The notes under the pieces were generated by a model. That model was not told the DNA's origin. It made no database searches and saw nothing but the letters and a program-made list of their open reading frames with translations. A program made the translations under genes and the position numbers. This document shows positions 35,232 through 36,835 of a stretch of 36,835 nt of DNA, one piece after another (the stretch's first letter is position 1; every line of letters starts with the position of its first letter). Source of the stretch: Octopus bimaculoides (taxonomy: Eukaryota). The DNA lies in assembly GCF_001194135.2 (NCBI RefSeq), contig NC_068995.1, positions 21,184,369-21,221,203 of the forward strand, written 5' to 3'.

Positions 35232-36760
35232 TTTGTAACAACGCACATCTATGGGACTTGCTGCCATAAAATATTGGGTCCAGAAATATAGAGAAGCTAT
35301 CCCCAGTAAATTTACTGTAACCTTCATACTAAACGCGGTCAGCCTCTTCCTCGAAAACAATACAATTCTCTTCAAAAAAAAAAACTACCTCAAAATTCGA
35401 GGCACAGCTATGGGGATAGAATTTGTTCCAATGTTCGTGAACTCAGGAATACTTGGAACAAAACCTATATAAAAAATTTTTAAAGAACTACGGCATGAAC
35501 TTTAAAAGACATATAGAGGACACATGGAAAAGATAACTCGATAATTGAATCCTAATTAGGACCGAATCCCTAGAAAATCTGGAAGAATTCAGCACCCCCC
35601 TCAATAACCTACCCCCTAGTCTTAAATTCACAACAGAAATGTGCAACACATAATTACCATTTCTTGACATAATGGTAATTAGAAACAACACAACTGATAT
35701 TTATTACAAAAGCACAGATAGACACCAGTACCTAAATTTCAAATCATGTCATCCAACACACACAAGACGCAACATCGCGTACTGTCTAGCCAGTAAAATT
35801 TGTACTATAGTCGATGATCCAAATACCAGAAACACATGACTTATAGAACTCAAGGGATTTCTACTCAACAAAATTACCCACTCCTACTTATAGAAAATAG
35901 CATACAATGAGCAAAAGATATACCTATAGAACAACTTAGGGAAACACGAAAAAAGAGGAACCCATCAAAGGAAACCAATACCATTTCTATTAACACACAT
36001 TCTGCATCACCAAAACATTTTTAACATCATGAAACACTTTTACCAATCATAAAACAAAGTGTAAAATTAAAAACATAATAACTAATCAAACACTTATCTT
36101 AAGCAACGGGCAACCACAGAACTATTAACAAAGGCAAGATTCAACATGAACAAACGGGATAACATATTCACAGCATCCATGTGCAATGCTAAGAGATGTG
36201 AAACGTGTCAATACATGCATGCGTGTAGATCCATTAGAACAAAAAATGGACGTCTTTCGCAAATGCAGAATTTAACTTGAAAAGTGGAAATTTGATGTAA
36301 TGCATTAAATACCCGAATTGCAAGAAATTATATATAAGCGATACAGGGAATACGTTATCGGAACGCTAACGCGTCCACAGATAATAAATCTGGAGCACCA
36401 ATGTTCGCCAAATTGTACTGAGTGAACATCTAGAACAAACTACATGACACAAGTGATGTTGGAAGAAAGATAAAAGTAAAGCGATTTATTAAAATGTTCA
36501 AACCTGTTCTGAACGGAAATAACAGCAATAATATAACAAACAGTTAACGATGTGGATTAATAAATATAAGCAGGTTAAAAATTATAGGAACGCCTGGCAA
36601 ACTGAGATGTTTAAGAGCATGTGGATTGATCAAAAAGGTATTCTAAAAATTCAGCTGGTTGGAGCGTTCTAAGACGTACTAAAATTGTCCAGAAATCAAC
36701 TGTCAGTTATACACATTTGAAATCTGATGTGTACACTATGCATGAAAGCGGTAATTTTGT
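35232..36760 (+). mobile_element. Penelope-like element, 5'-truncated: RT C-half plus GIY-YIG endonuclease plus 3' UTR
   Basis: GLAAIKYWV, LENNT..FKKKNYLKIRGTAMG, WKR*LDN (YxDD position), LPFLDI, DIYYKSTDRHQYLNFKSCHP.HTRRNI, CNAKRCETC, SGNLM*CIK.PNCKKLYISDTGNTLSER.RVH, RFIKMFKPVLN. Confidence 0.93.
36719..36758 (+). ncRNA. Degenerate hammerhead-like motif in the PLE 3' region
   Basis: gaaat CTGATGT gtaca cta tgcat GAAA gcgg TA atttt: 5-bp stem I, 4/5 stem II pairs, A9 replaced by T. Confidence 0.5.
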
Positions 36761-36835
36761 TAAAACCATCCCATGAAACCCACCCCATGTTTTAACTTTA
36801 TTCAACTAATATACATACATATATATATATATATA

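Noticed and set aside
1-36835. CRISPR arrays, rRNA genes or true tRNA genes
   Set aside because: None seen; the tRNA-like boxes belong to SINE heads and the sequence is eukaryotic

Overview
AT-rich, microsatellite-dense, gapped (13 N-runs) animal genomic DNA. The SINE and LINE-tail sequences look like the abundant repeats of Octopus (coleoid cephalopod); that assignment is from recognition, not a search. No intact host gene is supported, and most ORFs in the supplied track are artefacts of N-runs or simple repeats. The window is a retroelement graveyard: a decayed CR1-type LINE, several restriction-like-endonuclease LINE fragments (R4/Dong-like in (TAA)n tracts, plus one HERO-like), two tRNA-derived SINE families, mariner and Tigger-like scraps, and Penelope-like elements (PLE). 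The main unexplained structure is a set of four unrelated foldback (long inverted-repeat) elements at about 5.5, 9.7, 17.6 and 24.3 kb. Each arm carries a minimal type-I hammerhead-ribozyme (HHR)-like motif reading outward from the centre. Three further solo HHR-like motifs bring the total to 11. One foldback holds a PLE GIY-YIG endonuclease remnant in its spacer, which ties the architecture to inverted PLE pseudo-LTRs. Two families show a non-canonical core with an extra base after C3 (C-A-UGANGA), and one of these shows covarying stems II and III between copies. All folds were assigned by eye; nothing was computed or tested.
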